Origin: the human T2T-CHM13v2.0 reference genome, Homo sapiens
Length of the DNA: 64,000 bases
Reading direction: 5' to 3' (one strand)
NCBI RefSeq assembly: GCF_009914755.1
Contig: NC_060940.1
The notes under the pieces are model-generated. The model saw only the letters and a program-made list of their open reading frames with translations, made no database searches and was not told the DNA's origin. The position numbers and the translations under genes are program-made. Shown here one piece after another: positions 17,796 to 32,017 of the stretch (position 1 is its first letter; every line of letters starts with the position of its first letter).

Positions 17796-18693
17796 TCTAG
17801 AGTAATCAAAAATCTTAGGATTCAGCAGGATGAAGTTCGAATGCCACTACAGTCACTCAGTGCCTGCATGACCTTGGACGTGTCAGTTAAGCTCTCTGAG
17901 CTTCAGTGTTCTCTTCCATAAAATAGGTTTAGTAATTTCTTTTCCTTGTAGTTGTTGTAACGATTTCATAGTATACCATGTGTTTACTGTCTAGAACAGT
18001 GTCAGGTGCATAAAATGGAAACCCATTAAGTTGAAAGCTATTAATACTATGTGTCCACTTGGAGATCCAAACCACATCTTACAGATAGGAAACTTCAGTG
18101 GCAACATTTCCTTCTTGTGAGGGGGGAATAAAAGGGAATCTAGGACCAAGTTACCTGAGATTTATGCATCCAGCATTACCCTCATTCCTATTGATATTAT
18201 GGAGAGAAGCTTACAGGAAAATGTTCACCTACTTAGAATATATGTTATAGAGTGTGTTGAGGTCCAGGAAGCTGCTGTGGTTAGAATGTACCTTAGGGAC
18301 ATTCTGGGGGGTGGGTCACCAGTTCTGCTCTCATATTCTTGACCAGGCTTTGTGCCAGGTCATGTAGCTCCCAGAATGCATCTTCTGGGTCTGGAGCTCC
18401 ATGGTATTCTTCTACTTGGAATATTATCCTGCACTCAAAACAGCACCCTTTTGTCTGCCTTACTAATTTGCTCTCCTCTTGGACATTCCTATGGCATCAT
18501 TCAGACATTGTTCCTCTTGGAGTCTTCAGTTACCTCTTCTCTGTGCCCCTTGAACAAACCTTTGTTGCAGCACCATTGGGAGGTCTGCATGCCCAACTTC
18601 CTATAAAAGGGTTATATCTTTCAATCTCTAGAAATTCTCAGAGCCTAGTACACAACCTGGTATGTAACAGGATCTATAAATGTTTAACAAGAC

Positions 18694-18875
18694 AATAATA
18701 ATAACAACAAAGATGATAATGTGGTGGTGATGATGGTGGTGATGGCGGCAATGAGGATGATGGTGATGATGGTGATAATAATGTTGATGGAAATAATGAT
18801 GGTGAATGATGGGGACAATAGGGATGATGATGGTGTTGATGTTGATGGTGATTTTGATGATGATAATGATAATGA
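18694..18875. repeat. Degenerate (TGA/TGG/TAA)n trinucleotide tract
   Basis: Direct reading; produces His/Ile/Ser-rich spurious ORFs on the - strand. Confidence 0.9.
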
Positions 18876-20383
18876 GAGCAAACATTGACACCAGACACTG
18901 TTATAAATGCTTTATATATATATATATATATCACATTATATTTATTTAATTCTCATAACAAGTCTACAAAGTAGCTGTTATTTTTGTCCCGTTTTCACTG
19001 ACAAGTAGAATAAGGCTCAGTGAGTTTAAATAATGTTTTCAAGGTTAGATGATCTTAGAAGTAGATTTCTACCTCTTCATCAAAGTGGCCACCTTTCCAA
19101 GAGCCTGCACTACAAGACTGCTGAAGGATCTCTCCCAAGATACCTGGCTCCCAACATTTGCCATTGGCCCCACTATAAGAACAAATGTTGCTCTGAGTCC
19201 TGTTGATTTGGGAGCTAAAGAACCAAGCCCCTTGATTTTCAGCATAAGTTGCCAAGCCTTGGAAAGAGCCCATATGGCTCCTGAGGATGGGAGCACATCC
19301 CCCATCCCTTCCCAATTCCCAGTCACTTCTCACTCGGACAGCTGCGGTGGAATGATTTACAGCCACTTGGTGTTTTCCAGCAGGAAGCTAAAAAGGACCA
19401 TATACTGTGAAATACCAATTGCAGAGCCTCTCACAGAAAGCAGTAGCTGGTGACTTTTTGCAGACCTGCTTGCCTTCATCCCCAGTCCCCCATCCCCTGA
19501 CTTTTTAATGAAGGGTTCGGCTGGTCTTATGGCAGTCCTGCCTTAACTTGGCTCTCAGCAGCCGGGGGCGGGGGGTAGGGGTAGCGGGGGGTGGGGTGGG
19601 GAAAGACATTGACATTAGGGCTGAGTGAGATGAAAGATACACATTGGTGAGTTTTATGAGTAGTGAAATCTGTCCATGTCTCCACTGAGCTTCAGGGTTT
19701 TCTTTTCCTTCACATTCTCCTTCTTATCTATAGCAAATTGGCTCATTTAACAAATATTTATTGAGCCCTTTCATGTGCTGAGACACGTGCAAGATGCTGG
19801 GGACACTGGGCTGGAAGAATATCCAGCTACTGCCCCAGGAAGCTTCTTAGGCTAGTGGGGTGGTGGGTAACGGTAAATATTTGCTATGCAGTGTGATAAA
19901 TACTATGACAGACTGAGCCTGGGGGATGCTTCAGAAGCACGAGGGAGGAGGATCTCACTCTGCGTGAGGAAATCAGGGAATGCTTTACAAAGGGGAGGGT
20001 GTGATGGGCATTTGGACTGTGCCTCCAGGAATGGCATGAATGAGAAGGCTGGGAGGGAAGCCCTGGCAGAGGGAACAGCTTGCACAAAGGCCTGGTGGCA
20101 TGAGAAGAGGTTGTGATGGTTGCTCTCATGTGTTTACTCGTCTAGGTTGTAGTCCACAGCTATTTAATCAAACACGAATCTAGGCATTGCTGTGAAGGAA
20201 TCTTATCGATGTAGTTAACATTTATAATCAGTTGATTTTAAGTAAAAAAGATTACTCTTTAGAATATGGGTGGGCCTCCCTCAATCAGGTGAAGGACTTC
20301 AGAGCAAAACTGAGATTTCCTGGAGAAGGAGAAATTCCGCTTCAAGTCTGCAGCACAAAAGCCTGCCTGAGTTTTCAGCCTGG

Positions 20384-20741
20384 TGGTGATAATTAGCTGA
20401 TCAAGTAACCTACCAGTGTGGGGGCAATAAGGTAACCGTAAAGGAGAAAACAAAACTGTCTCTCTACTCATACTCAACACACTCCACGTCAGTCACCGAC
20501 ATGTGTGGGACATTTTTTCCTCCACATAACAAGCAATTTTCTGGTGGACACCAACTTGATGTCCTTTAATTCAACTAAATTCAATCCTGATGCCATCTAC
20601 CTGGAGTAGTGTCAGACTCCACAGGTTAAGTGCTCCATCGCACAAGACTATCTCTACTTCACAAGCCAATGGCAAGTCCCACCTTGCGACCCCTTCTTCT
20701 GACCAACCAGCTATAAATTAGGGTTCCCACAAGCCCTTCTC
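20384..20741. mobile_element. MER21-like LTR fragment
   Basis: 'ggacaccaact.gatgtcc.ttaattcaa...ctacctggagtagtgtcagactccacaggttaag...ttctgaccaaccagctataaattagggttcccac'. Confidence 0.7.
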
Positions 20742-20900
20742 AGCCAGGTTCAGTGGCTCACACCTGTAATTTCAGCACTTTGGGAGGCCAAGGGCAAGTG
20801 GATCCCTTGAGCCGGGAGGTTCGAGACCAGCCTTGGCAACATGGTGAAACCTCATCTCTACCAAAAGTACAAAAATTAGCCAGTTTCATAACCTGGTCTC
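20742..20900 (+). mobile_element. Alu left monomer with a short non-Alu 3' extension
   Basis: Alu left arm to 'aaaattagcc', then 'agtttcataacctggtctca'; no right arm or A-tail. Confidence 0.8.
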
Positions 20901-21288
20901 AGCCGCTTGCTGGCCTGCACAATCATGCAAGCCAATTCCTTGAAGTAAATCTCTTAGTGTGCATATATTTATAGGTATAGCTGTCTTCTTGGTTGTGTGT
21001 CTTTGGAGACCCCTGACTGTGTGCAGGAAATGGGTAATGTTTCTGGGTGGCCGGAGGATAGGGAATATGGTTGGGAGTGGAGGAAGATGCAGCTTGTGAA
21101 GGAGCAGGGAGATGACAACTTTTTCGTGAGGATGTTGGGGAGCCATGAAAATGGAATGTGGGTTTGATTCCGGTGTATGTTTCAGAAAAGTCATCTTCAT
21201 GGCTAAGGACAATGGCCCTGTTACCTTCTCTGTGTGTCTTGTGTTTTCCCTGTCTCATTCCCCTTCTCATGGGATCATCCCAGGGATG

Positions 21289-21372
21289 CTACACACAAGC
21301 AGGGGTCATGGTCTCTCTACACACAAGCAGGGGTCATGGTGTCTCTACACACAAGCAGGGGTCATGGTCTCT
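21289..21372. repeat. 28-bp tandem repeat x3 (CTACACACAAGCAGGGGTCATGGTCTCT)
   Basis: Copies at 21289, 21317 and 21345 with a single mismatch. Confidence 0.95.
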
Positions 21373-21563
21373 AACAGAAATAATTATGAGCATGAGTTCC
21401 AAAATCAGACAGTCCAGGTTTGGATACCAGCTCTGCTGCTTCCCTGATGTGCGACTTGGTCGAGGTTCCTAAGTTCTCAGAGCCTTTTCTCAGTCCCTTC
21501 ATGTGGAAGATAAGGGGACAACAGTCCTCACCTATAGGGTTGTGGCAAGGATGAAATAAAAGT

Positions 21564-21857
21564 GCTGTAATCCCAGCACTTTGGGAGGCTGAGGCAGGCA
21601 GATCACCTGAGGTCAGGAGTTCAAGACTAGCCTGACCAACATGGAGAAACCCCATCTCTACTAAAAATAAAAAATAAAAATAAAAAATTAGCCAGGCGTG
21701 GTGGCTCATGCCTGTAATCCCAGCTACTCAGGAGGCTGAGGCAGGAGAATCACTTAAACCTGGAGGCCAACGTCGTAGTGGATGGAGATGGCGCCATTGC
21801 ACTCCAGCCTGGGCAAGAAGAGCAAATCTCTGTCTCAAAAAAAAAAAAAAAAAAAAA
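21564..21857 (+). mobile_element. Alu (AluSp/Sq-like), slightly 5'-truncated, inserted in a MIR
   Basis: 'cctgaccaacatggagaaacccc', long A tail; MIR core 'ttcatgtggaagataagggga' upstream. Confidence 0.92.
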
Positions 21858-21898
21858 GGGCACCTACGGAGTTGTGCTGCGTATCCCCTTTATGCTTC

Positions 21899-22253
21899 TG
21901 TATTCGTCTGTTCTCATGCTGCTAATAAAGACATACCCGAGACGGGGTAATTTATAAAGGAAAGAGATTTAATGGACTCGCAGTTCCACGTGGCTGAGGA
22001 GGCCTCACAATCGTGGCGGAAGAGTAAGGGGACATCTTACATGACAGGAAGCAAGAGAGAGTGTGCAGGGGAACTCCCCTTTATAAAACCGTCAGATCTC
22101 ATGAGACTTATTCACCCATCGGGAGAACAGCACAGAAAAGACCCACCCCCATGATTCAATTACTTCCCATCGTGTCCCTCCCACGACATGTGGGAATTAC
22201 AGGAGCTACGATTCAAGATGAGATTTGGGTGGGGACACAGCCAAACCATAACA
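21899..22253 (-). mobile_element. THE1 (THE1C-like) solo LTR, inside an older LTR33-like element (~21868-22590)
   Basis: 'tgtattcgtctgttctcatgctgctaataaagacatacccgagac...gccaaaccataaca'; 5-bp TSD GCTTC (21894-21898, 22254-22258). Confidence 0.9.
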
Positions 22254-23939
22254 GCTTCTTAATCCTCTCTGTGCTCCATAAGCTGAAACCTCTTCCACTG
22301 CATCATCCCTGGATTCCCTGTCCCTCCGGTTTCCAGTTGGGTTTGGTCCATGGGCTGCACGGTAGAGAGTGGGAAGTGGGTATTGCTCACCTGCTGGCTT
22401 TCTGCACCACCCTGAGCTGCTGTCAGGCAGCCCTCTCCTAAAGCCCTGGTTCCTCTCGAGTTCCCTTCACTCCAGGATGAGTGGTTTCCTACTCTTGCTA
22501 GCCCTGGTAGTATTTTATCACATCTGACCCAAACCTTTGTAAATAGAACCCTTATTCAACTCCCTTCCATTACATCTTTGGGTGTGCCCACCACATACCA
22601 TGAATTCAATGCATGTTATTTCTGGTGAGCTATTATTAACTTTAATGAAACTGAAATACAAAGGGACCATATTGACTTGCTTAAGGTCGTACAAATGTCT
22701 TTCGCTTAGCGAGAACCCTGTGTACAGCAGCTGTTTTACACACAATAAACTTCAGCCGTCACTGTTATTATCAACTCCATCGGCAGGTGAGAAAACTGAT
22801 GTAGAGAAAGGTAAGACACTTGTCAGCGTTTGCACAGCTTATATAAGGCACACCCTGGATTCAGACCCAGAACCTTGACACTTGCACTGTGCCACAGTGA
22901 TGACCCCTCTTTTTCTGTCCTACCCTAAAATCCCACAGTTGGTGCTCTACCCTGTGTCGCCTATGCTCTTGCTTAATGAATCAAGACATCTATCTCTGTT
23001 TCAAGTCACAGCCGCCCCCACCTTCCGAGTAGATAAAATCAGACTAGTAGTTTGTCTGCAGAAGCAAAGAGGGATTGGGATGTGGGGCGGGGATGGGCCA
23101 ATGTCAGCCAAATGGGTAATTTATTGCCAGAAGCCCCTGGGATCAAATCAGAACATTGTCTTTAGATCTGCCAGAAAACCACCCCCGCCTGCCCTCAATC
23201 ATTTTGGATTCTGGGGAGGATTTGTCAGGCAGTGAGAGATGTCAACTCCCCAGGATTGGGGCTCACAGGATAGGTTTGCCTGCGCCCTCTGCTTGCTCCT
23301 TGACAGCCCCAGTTGATAGCCTCAGAAACTCGGTTTCTTTTGCAGAATAGTCTGGGTCAATACGGCACTGCCATCAATTACAGTGCAAGGCTGGGGAGCC
23401 AGCCATCCATCATGTCTTCACAAGCCCGCTCAAATCAAATTGTCTGGACCCTGCAGCCTATTCTTCCAGTTTAGAGCTGAGATCTCACACTCAGAATTAA
23501 AAGGCATCTGTTCTATCCTCTAATTTGAAATGTCTTTGCATCAGAATTGTTGGTATTTGTCAGGCTGTAGCCTCATGAGTATTTGATGTCAGGATAATAG
23601 GACTTTGAAGTTCAGCAATTCCTTTAGTTTCATTTCAGTTTCTTTTTCTTCCAGTTCTACTCTTCTTTTACTTTCTTCTTCTATCCAATAAAAAAATTAA
23701 TTCAGTACTGTATTTCAAAAAGAATCAGGATGCTATGGTCCTGTTTTTGTAATCTTATTTCTATCTGTTGATCTTGCTTCTATTAGGATATAAGCATAAG
23801 ACGTCTGGAACCATCTTCATCCAATGCTAGCCATCGTTATTTCTAGATGGTGGAATTTCTAGATGGTGGAGTCTGGGTTAAGTTTTTTACTCTTTCTTTG
23901 CACTTTTCTGAATTATTTAAGTGTTAATTATTTCTTCTG

Positions 23940-24230
<291 letters not shown>

Positions 24231-25898
24231 ACTTATTTAAATGTTTTATGTCATGTATTTAAGTGACAATCATGTACTGTTTCCACAAAGACAGTCATAA
24301 TTCTCTTATGAGAGAGAAGGAGAAGTATAGAACCTCAGAACTAAGAAGAGGGCTCTGAAGATTTTCAAGTCTACACATATATAAGACAGAACTCTCTTCT
24401 AGAGGAGGCTAGAGATTTACCTAAGGTCACATAGTAATTTGATGGTTGAAGTAAGACTAGAATCAAGACGTGGATCTCTGCCTGGGTTTTCCCCCAATAT
24501 TTATTTGTTCATCAAAAATTTAGTGAAAACATCCTTGGAAATGGGTCTGGTGCACTTCCTGCCCTTGAAGGGACAGAGAATTTAGTCAGGCTAACAGAAT
24601 CATCAGTGAACTTATGGAGACCACAGGAGGCTGTGTGAGAGCACAGGAGAGAAGGGACATATCCCAAATTTGTAAGATATGTGTTATTATTAAGTTCATT
24701 TTACAGATAAAGAAACTGAGGCCTGGAGAATTTAGTAACTTGTCTATGTTCCCAAAGAAAACAGTGGAGCTAGGGTTCAATCCCAGATAGTCTGAATATA
24801 GACCCATGCTTTTAAGCTCTAACACTTATAGGTTATGTGTCTCTGTACCGATCATAAAATGTATAAATATATAAATATAAAATGTATAAATATCTTAGCC
24901 CAAAGAAACAATTAAGAATGGGAAATGTGTGCATTATGCGAAGCAAGGAATACTGGAACCCTGAGGCCTTATGAGTGACAGCTATTGCTATCCTTAAGTA
25001 CAGGGTCTTTCATATGGTTGAGAATGAGTAAGAGTAAATTTTATTTTTTTCTAACCTTCCTTTTGGTGGACCTCTCTCATTCACTTAAATATCTGCCACC
25101 AAAGTTGTCATGAAGCCAATCAACAAGCTAGCAAAAGAGATCAACAGTTGAGTGATGAGTAATGGCTAACTTCCTGTAGTGGTACCCAGGAGGGGACAAG
25201 ATAAATGAGATCTAGGGATGACTATGATTATCTGGAAAGGAACATGAATAATCATCTGGACTTCACCAGCCTCTGGGCTCCCTCTTTATTGGAAAGTCCA
25301 GCTCCTGGAACTAGTGCAGCTGGTGTGAACAGGCTGGCCTTAAACCTGGAGGCGACAATCATCTCCCTAGGGAATCTGCGACATTTTCATGTTGTGCTTG
25401 GTCTGACTTGGGAAAAGAGATTACAGAGGGGAAAGAGACATGCCCAAAGCCACAGGTTGTGTCATCAGATAAGAACAGAGACCCCTTCAGCCTCATCCTT
25501 TGTCACTCAGCTCACCACGTTTTCCCAAAAGCAACTGGTGAAAGAAAAGTACATCCTGGGAAGGGGAACTGGGCCGGGGGCATAGAGTTGTCACAGAGGT
25601 CTGGACCCAAACAGCTGGGGTGAAAGCCCTGACTTGGTAACAGGGTGACTCCAGGAAAGTGTGTTAATCATTTTGCACCTGTTTTGTCTGAGTTTTAAAT
25701 TAAAGGTGCTTAGCAGAGTGTCTGATACATGGTAAAAAGTTAATTATGTTAGCTCAGGTGGTCATAATCGTAAAAATTGCTTCAATTCCAAGAAGCATCT
25801 TCTTCACATTTTGAGGTTCAGAATGCATCTTTAAATTGATATGTTTTCTGTAAATCTAAAATTACCCAAATAAAATGTCCACTTAAAAAATCAATGTA

Positions 25899-26246
<348 letters not shown>

Positions 26247-26746
26247 TCAATTTTCAATTTAAAAAAACAATGTTAACAAACCAATGGGATAACTTACGAT
26301 CATTGACATCTTAGAATCAAGGTAACTAGATATGACGGGACCTAAATCTGTGCTGTAACTGAAGATACAGTGATGGATTTTGAACTGTAGCCGGAAACCC
26401 ACTGAATGAAGCTACACTGGTTTTTGCCAGTCCTTTCTAGGCACAACACTCTTCCTGCCACGAGGCTTTTGCACATGCTGTTCTTTTAAGTTCTTCATCC
26501 TTCTTTCTTCACCTAGTTCATGCTTCATCATCCTTTAGTACCCAGTTCTAATATCATCAGAACTTTCCTCATGGAAGTCTTCCCAACCTTTCTGTTTAGG
26601 TTGATACTTTCTAGTATCATTTGCTATTCATTATACCCCTTGTCATGGTTGCAATTTTATGTGTATTATGCAAACATTTGATCTGTCTCTTCCGATAAAC
26701 TCTAAGCTCCATGGGAGAAAAAGGATGCATCTTCTTTTACTCATCA

Positions 26747-27250
<504 letters not shown>

Positions 27251-29469
27251 CTAAGCTCCATGAGGACAAAGTTCTTGTCCTCTTGGATTTATCGTAATCT
27301 AGCCTTTGTCATATTTTATATTGTATTGTAATTATTTCTGTCTCTGCCACACCTTGTTTCCACCACCTCTGAGAGTCATGAAAGCAGGTATTATATTCTG
27401 ATCCCTTGTACAATGATGAGTCATAAATCTGCAGCCAAAGCTCAGACTGGTTTCCCAAGCTTCAGCTCTGCATATCCAGCTACCTATTGAACAGTGCCCC
27501 TCGGCTCCTCACACAGACAATTTAACAAGCACATATTCAAAGCTGGACCCGCCCTCCCCCTAAATCCACATGGAGCTCACTCACTGAATAAGTGAATAAA
27601 TGCATGTTCCTGTAGTACCCAGGGATCTTCCTCACTGTATCACAGATGATTTACAAGAAGGCATCACCTCCCGCCTGCCATTGTACTGTCATAGTGGCAG
27701 AGGGTAGAGACGGCAGGCAGCGTGGAGGGGTGCAAAGAGTGTGGGCTGGGAGATCAGCTGGTCTGAGTTCAAGCTCCAACAACTGTTTTTCTTAGGAAGA
27801 AAAAGGAGCAAATGGAGAAGGAATTATTAAGCAGTATATTTGACATTGTCTTTTTATATAAATGTTCCACTGAATTTATAATAAATCCATGGAGTGAGCA
27901 TTACTATATCATTTTAATAACTAGGAAATGTAGACTCAGAGAGGAGAAACAACAAGGTCACCCAGCTACTAAGTAACACATGAGAGATAAGAACCCAGAA
28001 CTATCTGACCTCAAAATGGAGCTCTTTCCTTTATACCGTCTTATCTTACAGGCTGGCTGTGTGACCTTGAACAAACTGCTTAGCTTCTCTGTTCTTCATT
28101 TGCTCATCTATAACCAAGATGATTGCCACACTTACCTCCAATGACTGCCCTGAGGGTACGATGATAATGCACGTTAAGGTGGCCTATAAGTGCCAGTTAC
28201 TACTTAACTCAATATCCACAAACAGCGCAGAAGGACTAGATTCTTTCATTGGTCTGTTTAAGACAGGTGAGAGCTCTTATTATTCCTGAAAGAGTTATCA
28301 CAGCTGGAGGAGCAGCAATACAATTCTTGCAATAAAAGAGGTGGTAAGTGAAATCAAAAGGCAATGCATCTCTCTTTCTTCCAACCCAACGTATTTTTAT
28401 TTTTACTGGAATACAAGTTAAGATTAGGTTGCTTATTCTTCGGCTGAGGTATGAGCATTTATAGCTCAGCTGTTCAGAGCAAGAGCTGAGCAGTTAAATA
28501 CTGCTCTGTGCCCTGGTCCTCCGCCAGCCGCCCAGCAGACAACACAGCACGCCGAGCTCAGAGGAACACTGTCTCCTCAAGTGCTTCTTCTTCCTCTGTG
28601 TTGTTTCCTGTGTTTCCCCACATACTGTGCCTTTCCCTGTACAGGTGCTGTTTCCATAAGAATATGTTGCTCAATTCTCCATGTGGTCACCTGTTGAAAT
28701 GGTCCATCATAGCCACCAAAGCAGCACTAGGCATGAGATCCTGGCTGGCCCCCGAATGGTGGCAATCTTACTGCAGTTGCAGCCACCCACGTTGGCTCCG
28801 CTCCTGTTGGCTGAGATTTGCTTCTGGATGAGTGTCTCCCATGATGAGACTGGAGATGTTGATGCTCAGTGTTCACAAACCCAGTTAGGGAAGGAAAAAG
28901 AGCAATTAATAAACATTGAGGATGCAGAAAAAAAAAAAAAAAAGCCACATTCACTGCCCTCAAAGAGCCTAGAGTTTACAAGGAGACAGGTATGGGAATG
29001 AATAAAATAACAATAAACAAACACTTTTGGAGTGTTCATGTGTCAGGCACTGCTCCAAGTGTGTTAGATAATTTAATACATTTAAACCTCACAACAATTC
29101 CAAGAGGAAGATACCCTATTATTATTAATATCTCAAACTTTACAGATGAGAAAACTGAGGCTAACTTGTCCAAGATCACAGGGGTAATAAATGGTGGAAT
29201 CAGGGTGTTGGAGTTCCAGAATTTGTGCTCTCAAAGCTTGTCTCAGATGATGATAGTGTGTAGTGTAGGCTTAATAGAGGGAGAGTTTTTAAAAGATTGT
29301 TCGTGGACAAAGGTGTCCTAGGCAACACAATTATAGGTGCAGAGGTGCCAAAGAACCAGTACCCACATGGAACAAAAAAAATAACTCACTGCAGTTGGAG
29401 CACGACAAAGAATGGAGGAAACGAGGAGGTAGAGAAACAAGGAAGCGTCCTCATTAGAAAGGTGGGGAA

Positions 29470-29600
29470 GAGACGGGTGTGGTGGCTCACGCCTGTAATT
29501 CCAACAACTCAAGAGGCTGAAGTGGGAATGCTTGTGGGGAGAAATTTGAGACCAACCTGGACAACATAGTGAGACCCTATCTCAAAACAAATTAAAATTA
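29470..29600 (+). mobile_element. Free left Alu monomer (FLAM-like)
   Basis: 'gggtgtggtggctcacgcctgtaattcc...aacatagtgagaccctatctcaaaa'. Confidence 0.85.
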
Positions 29601-29602
29601 AT

Positions 29603-29871
29603 TTTTTTTTTTTTTTGAGACAGAGTCTCACTCTGTCACCAGGCTGGAGTGCAATCTCCGCCTCCCAGGTTCAAGCCATTCTCCTGCCTCAGCCTCCCGA
29701 ATAGCTGGGATTACAGGCGTGTGCCACCATGCCCAGCTAATTTTTGTATTTTTAGTAGAGACGGGTTTTCACCATGTTGGCCAGGATGATCTGGACCTCC
29801 TGACCTCATGATCCGCCAACCTCGGCCTCCCAAAATGCTGGGATTACAGGCGTGAGCCACTGTGCCCAGCC
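29603..29871 (-). mobile_element. Alu (AluSc-like) with internal deletion
   Basis: T tail and reverse-complement Alu; gap after 'ggagtgcaatctccgcc'. Confidence 0.92.
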
Positions 29872-29997
29872 TTAAAAAAATTTTAAAACAACAGGTGGGT
29901 TCTGGATGGGCTGCAAATAGCCCAGATGCCAAGTTGAAAACCTTGGATTTTGAAGTATAAAATGAGGACCCGCTGACATTTAGAAAGAGTGACATCA

Positions 29998-30312
<315 letters not shown>

Positions 30313-32017
30313 GAGGGAGACTAGAGGAGAAAGGAAGAATGAGGGAGGCTGAGGCTGTGCTGGGTGGCAGGGGGACTCACCATCTCCTCTGTCTCCTGCT
30401 CTTGGAGGGAAATGGGCCATTAAGCATCCTCTCAAGTGAGTCCATTGGCCTGTCCCTGTGTCTTGGCAGTAGCATGCTGCTATGTCACCAACATCTGCTT
30501 ATAACTTGGATTGAAAGTCTTCCAAGGAATATGATTTGGCCAATGACATCATTGACAGAGCCAGTGTGCCCTTCCAAGTCTGAAAAGTCTAATGACATAG
30601 TCCATTTTCTGGACACGTGAAAAACATAGGGACCCATTCATAGTTAAAAGGAACCGTGCGGGGCATTTGCCTACCTTGGAGAAACTGCTCATCCTCCACA
30701 AACAGTGAACTTGATGGCACCTGCTGCCCCACCTCCCTGCAGCTGCAAGGGTGACCTGGATACAGCCACTCATAGAACTGCATTTTCCCAGCTGTAATTG
30801 GCCAAGGGGGTAGACTGTGCAAGTGAGTGGGAGCAGTGAAGAATTCTCTTGTGAAATTTGATATATGGAGCCTAAGGCTGAGAAGGGCACTGCTTGTAGC
30901 CAGAATTCTTAAAATGTAGAGAATGTGTACAAAAAACTGAAGCAACATAAAGGAAAATAGGACCAGAGATGGAGAATGACAGCTTCTTGTTTATACACTT
31001 GATCCTCTGGATATAGCTGAACCTAAAGCCAATCAGATCTATTCACAACTTAGATACTTCTCCAACATTTAGGAAAAGTTGGAATTGAATCTCATTGGCT
31101 TATTCCTGAGTCAATCACTGAGGCCATGAGGATAGAATATGGTAATTGGGCAGGTATGAATTACAGGGTCCCTCTTGGAGCCTAGGGCTGGGGTGTAGGT
31201 TGGGGGACAACATCAGAATTACATGGACTTTAAGTTGGAGTGGGTGTCTTCCCAGGCAAAATCAATGTCCTATTACCAGAAGAAAGAAAAATTGTTGCTG
31301 GGCAGGCAGAAAATAATACATGTGCTCTACAACCTTTTGCAATACAAATGTTAAAATTACTACATCAATCTTTTGAAACTCATTAGTCCTTGAGCTGGGT
31401 TATTTAGGGCATAATTCCAGCAAAGTGAGAGCTCTTGGGATAAAAGGTACATGGTAAGTGACTCTCTTCATTTCAATCTGTTTCTAACTCCATGTCCTGG
31501 TCTCTCTGCCCCACCAGAAGCCATTGGGTCAGCTAAAACACAACGTTTGTCTCTATAAGCCCGAGGCCTCTGCTTCTAACTTCTCACAACTCTCCCCTCA
31601 CATTAGCATTCATGAACTCAAACTGTCAGAGACTCAGATAATTAGAGGCGATGAACAAATGCTAATTAGCACTCTGGCTGTACCCAGAGGATGCCGCAGG
31701 CATAGACCTAAGCCCAATGTTTGTGTTTCCAGGATTCCTTGAATTCCCACATCTAAGAACCCTTTATGAAGCTTCTTTATGAAAGAGAGAACACAGAGAT
31801 AGTGTAGCATTTGGTTAAAGGCATGGCCCTTTCACTTTCACAGACTTGGAGCTCAACCCCAGCGCTGCCACTTAGGAGTGCTGTGACTATAGGGAAGTTA
31901 CTTAACCTGTCTGAACCTCAGTTTTTTCATCCATAAAATGAGAACAAGAATAACCTCTACCTTAATATGTTTTCATTATGTGAGTCAAACGATGAATGCA
32001 ATGTGTACAGTACTTGG

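Larger units (their letters stand above)
20112..21025 (+). mobile_element. ERVL LTR (MLT2D-like), interrupted at ~20384-20900
   Basis: 'tgtgatggtt...ttgctgtgaagg...gggtgggcctccctcaatcaggtgaagg' and 3' part 'cacaatcatgcaagccaattccttgaagtaaatctc...ctttggagacccctgact'. Confidence 0.78.

Noticed and set aside
18628-18934. His-rich and Ser-rich ORFs on the - strand
   Set aside because: By-products of a degenerate (CAT/CAC)n tract, with no splice or promoter support.
21289-21372. CRISPR-like array (28-bp repeats)
   Set aside because: The repeats are head-to-tail with no unique spacers, in a primate context. The same applies to the 24-bp and 20-bp arrays.
21990-22004. PRDM9-A 13-mer in the THE1 LTR
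   Set aside because: The - strand reads CCTCCTCAGCCAC, which lacks the T at position 7 of CCNCCNTNNCCNC.
28230-28570. Possible promoter or exon (GTGAGA and GTAAGT donors, TTAAATA followed by a GC-rich stretch)
   Set aside because: No CpG island or coherent exon-ORF structure; cannot be supported without transcript data.
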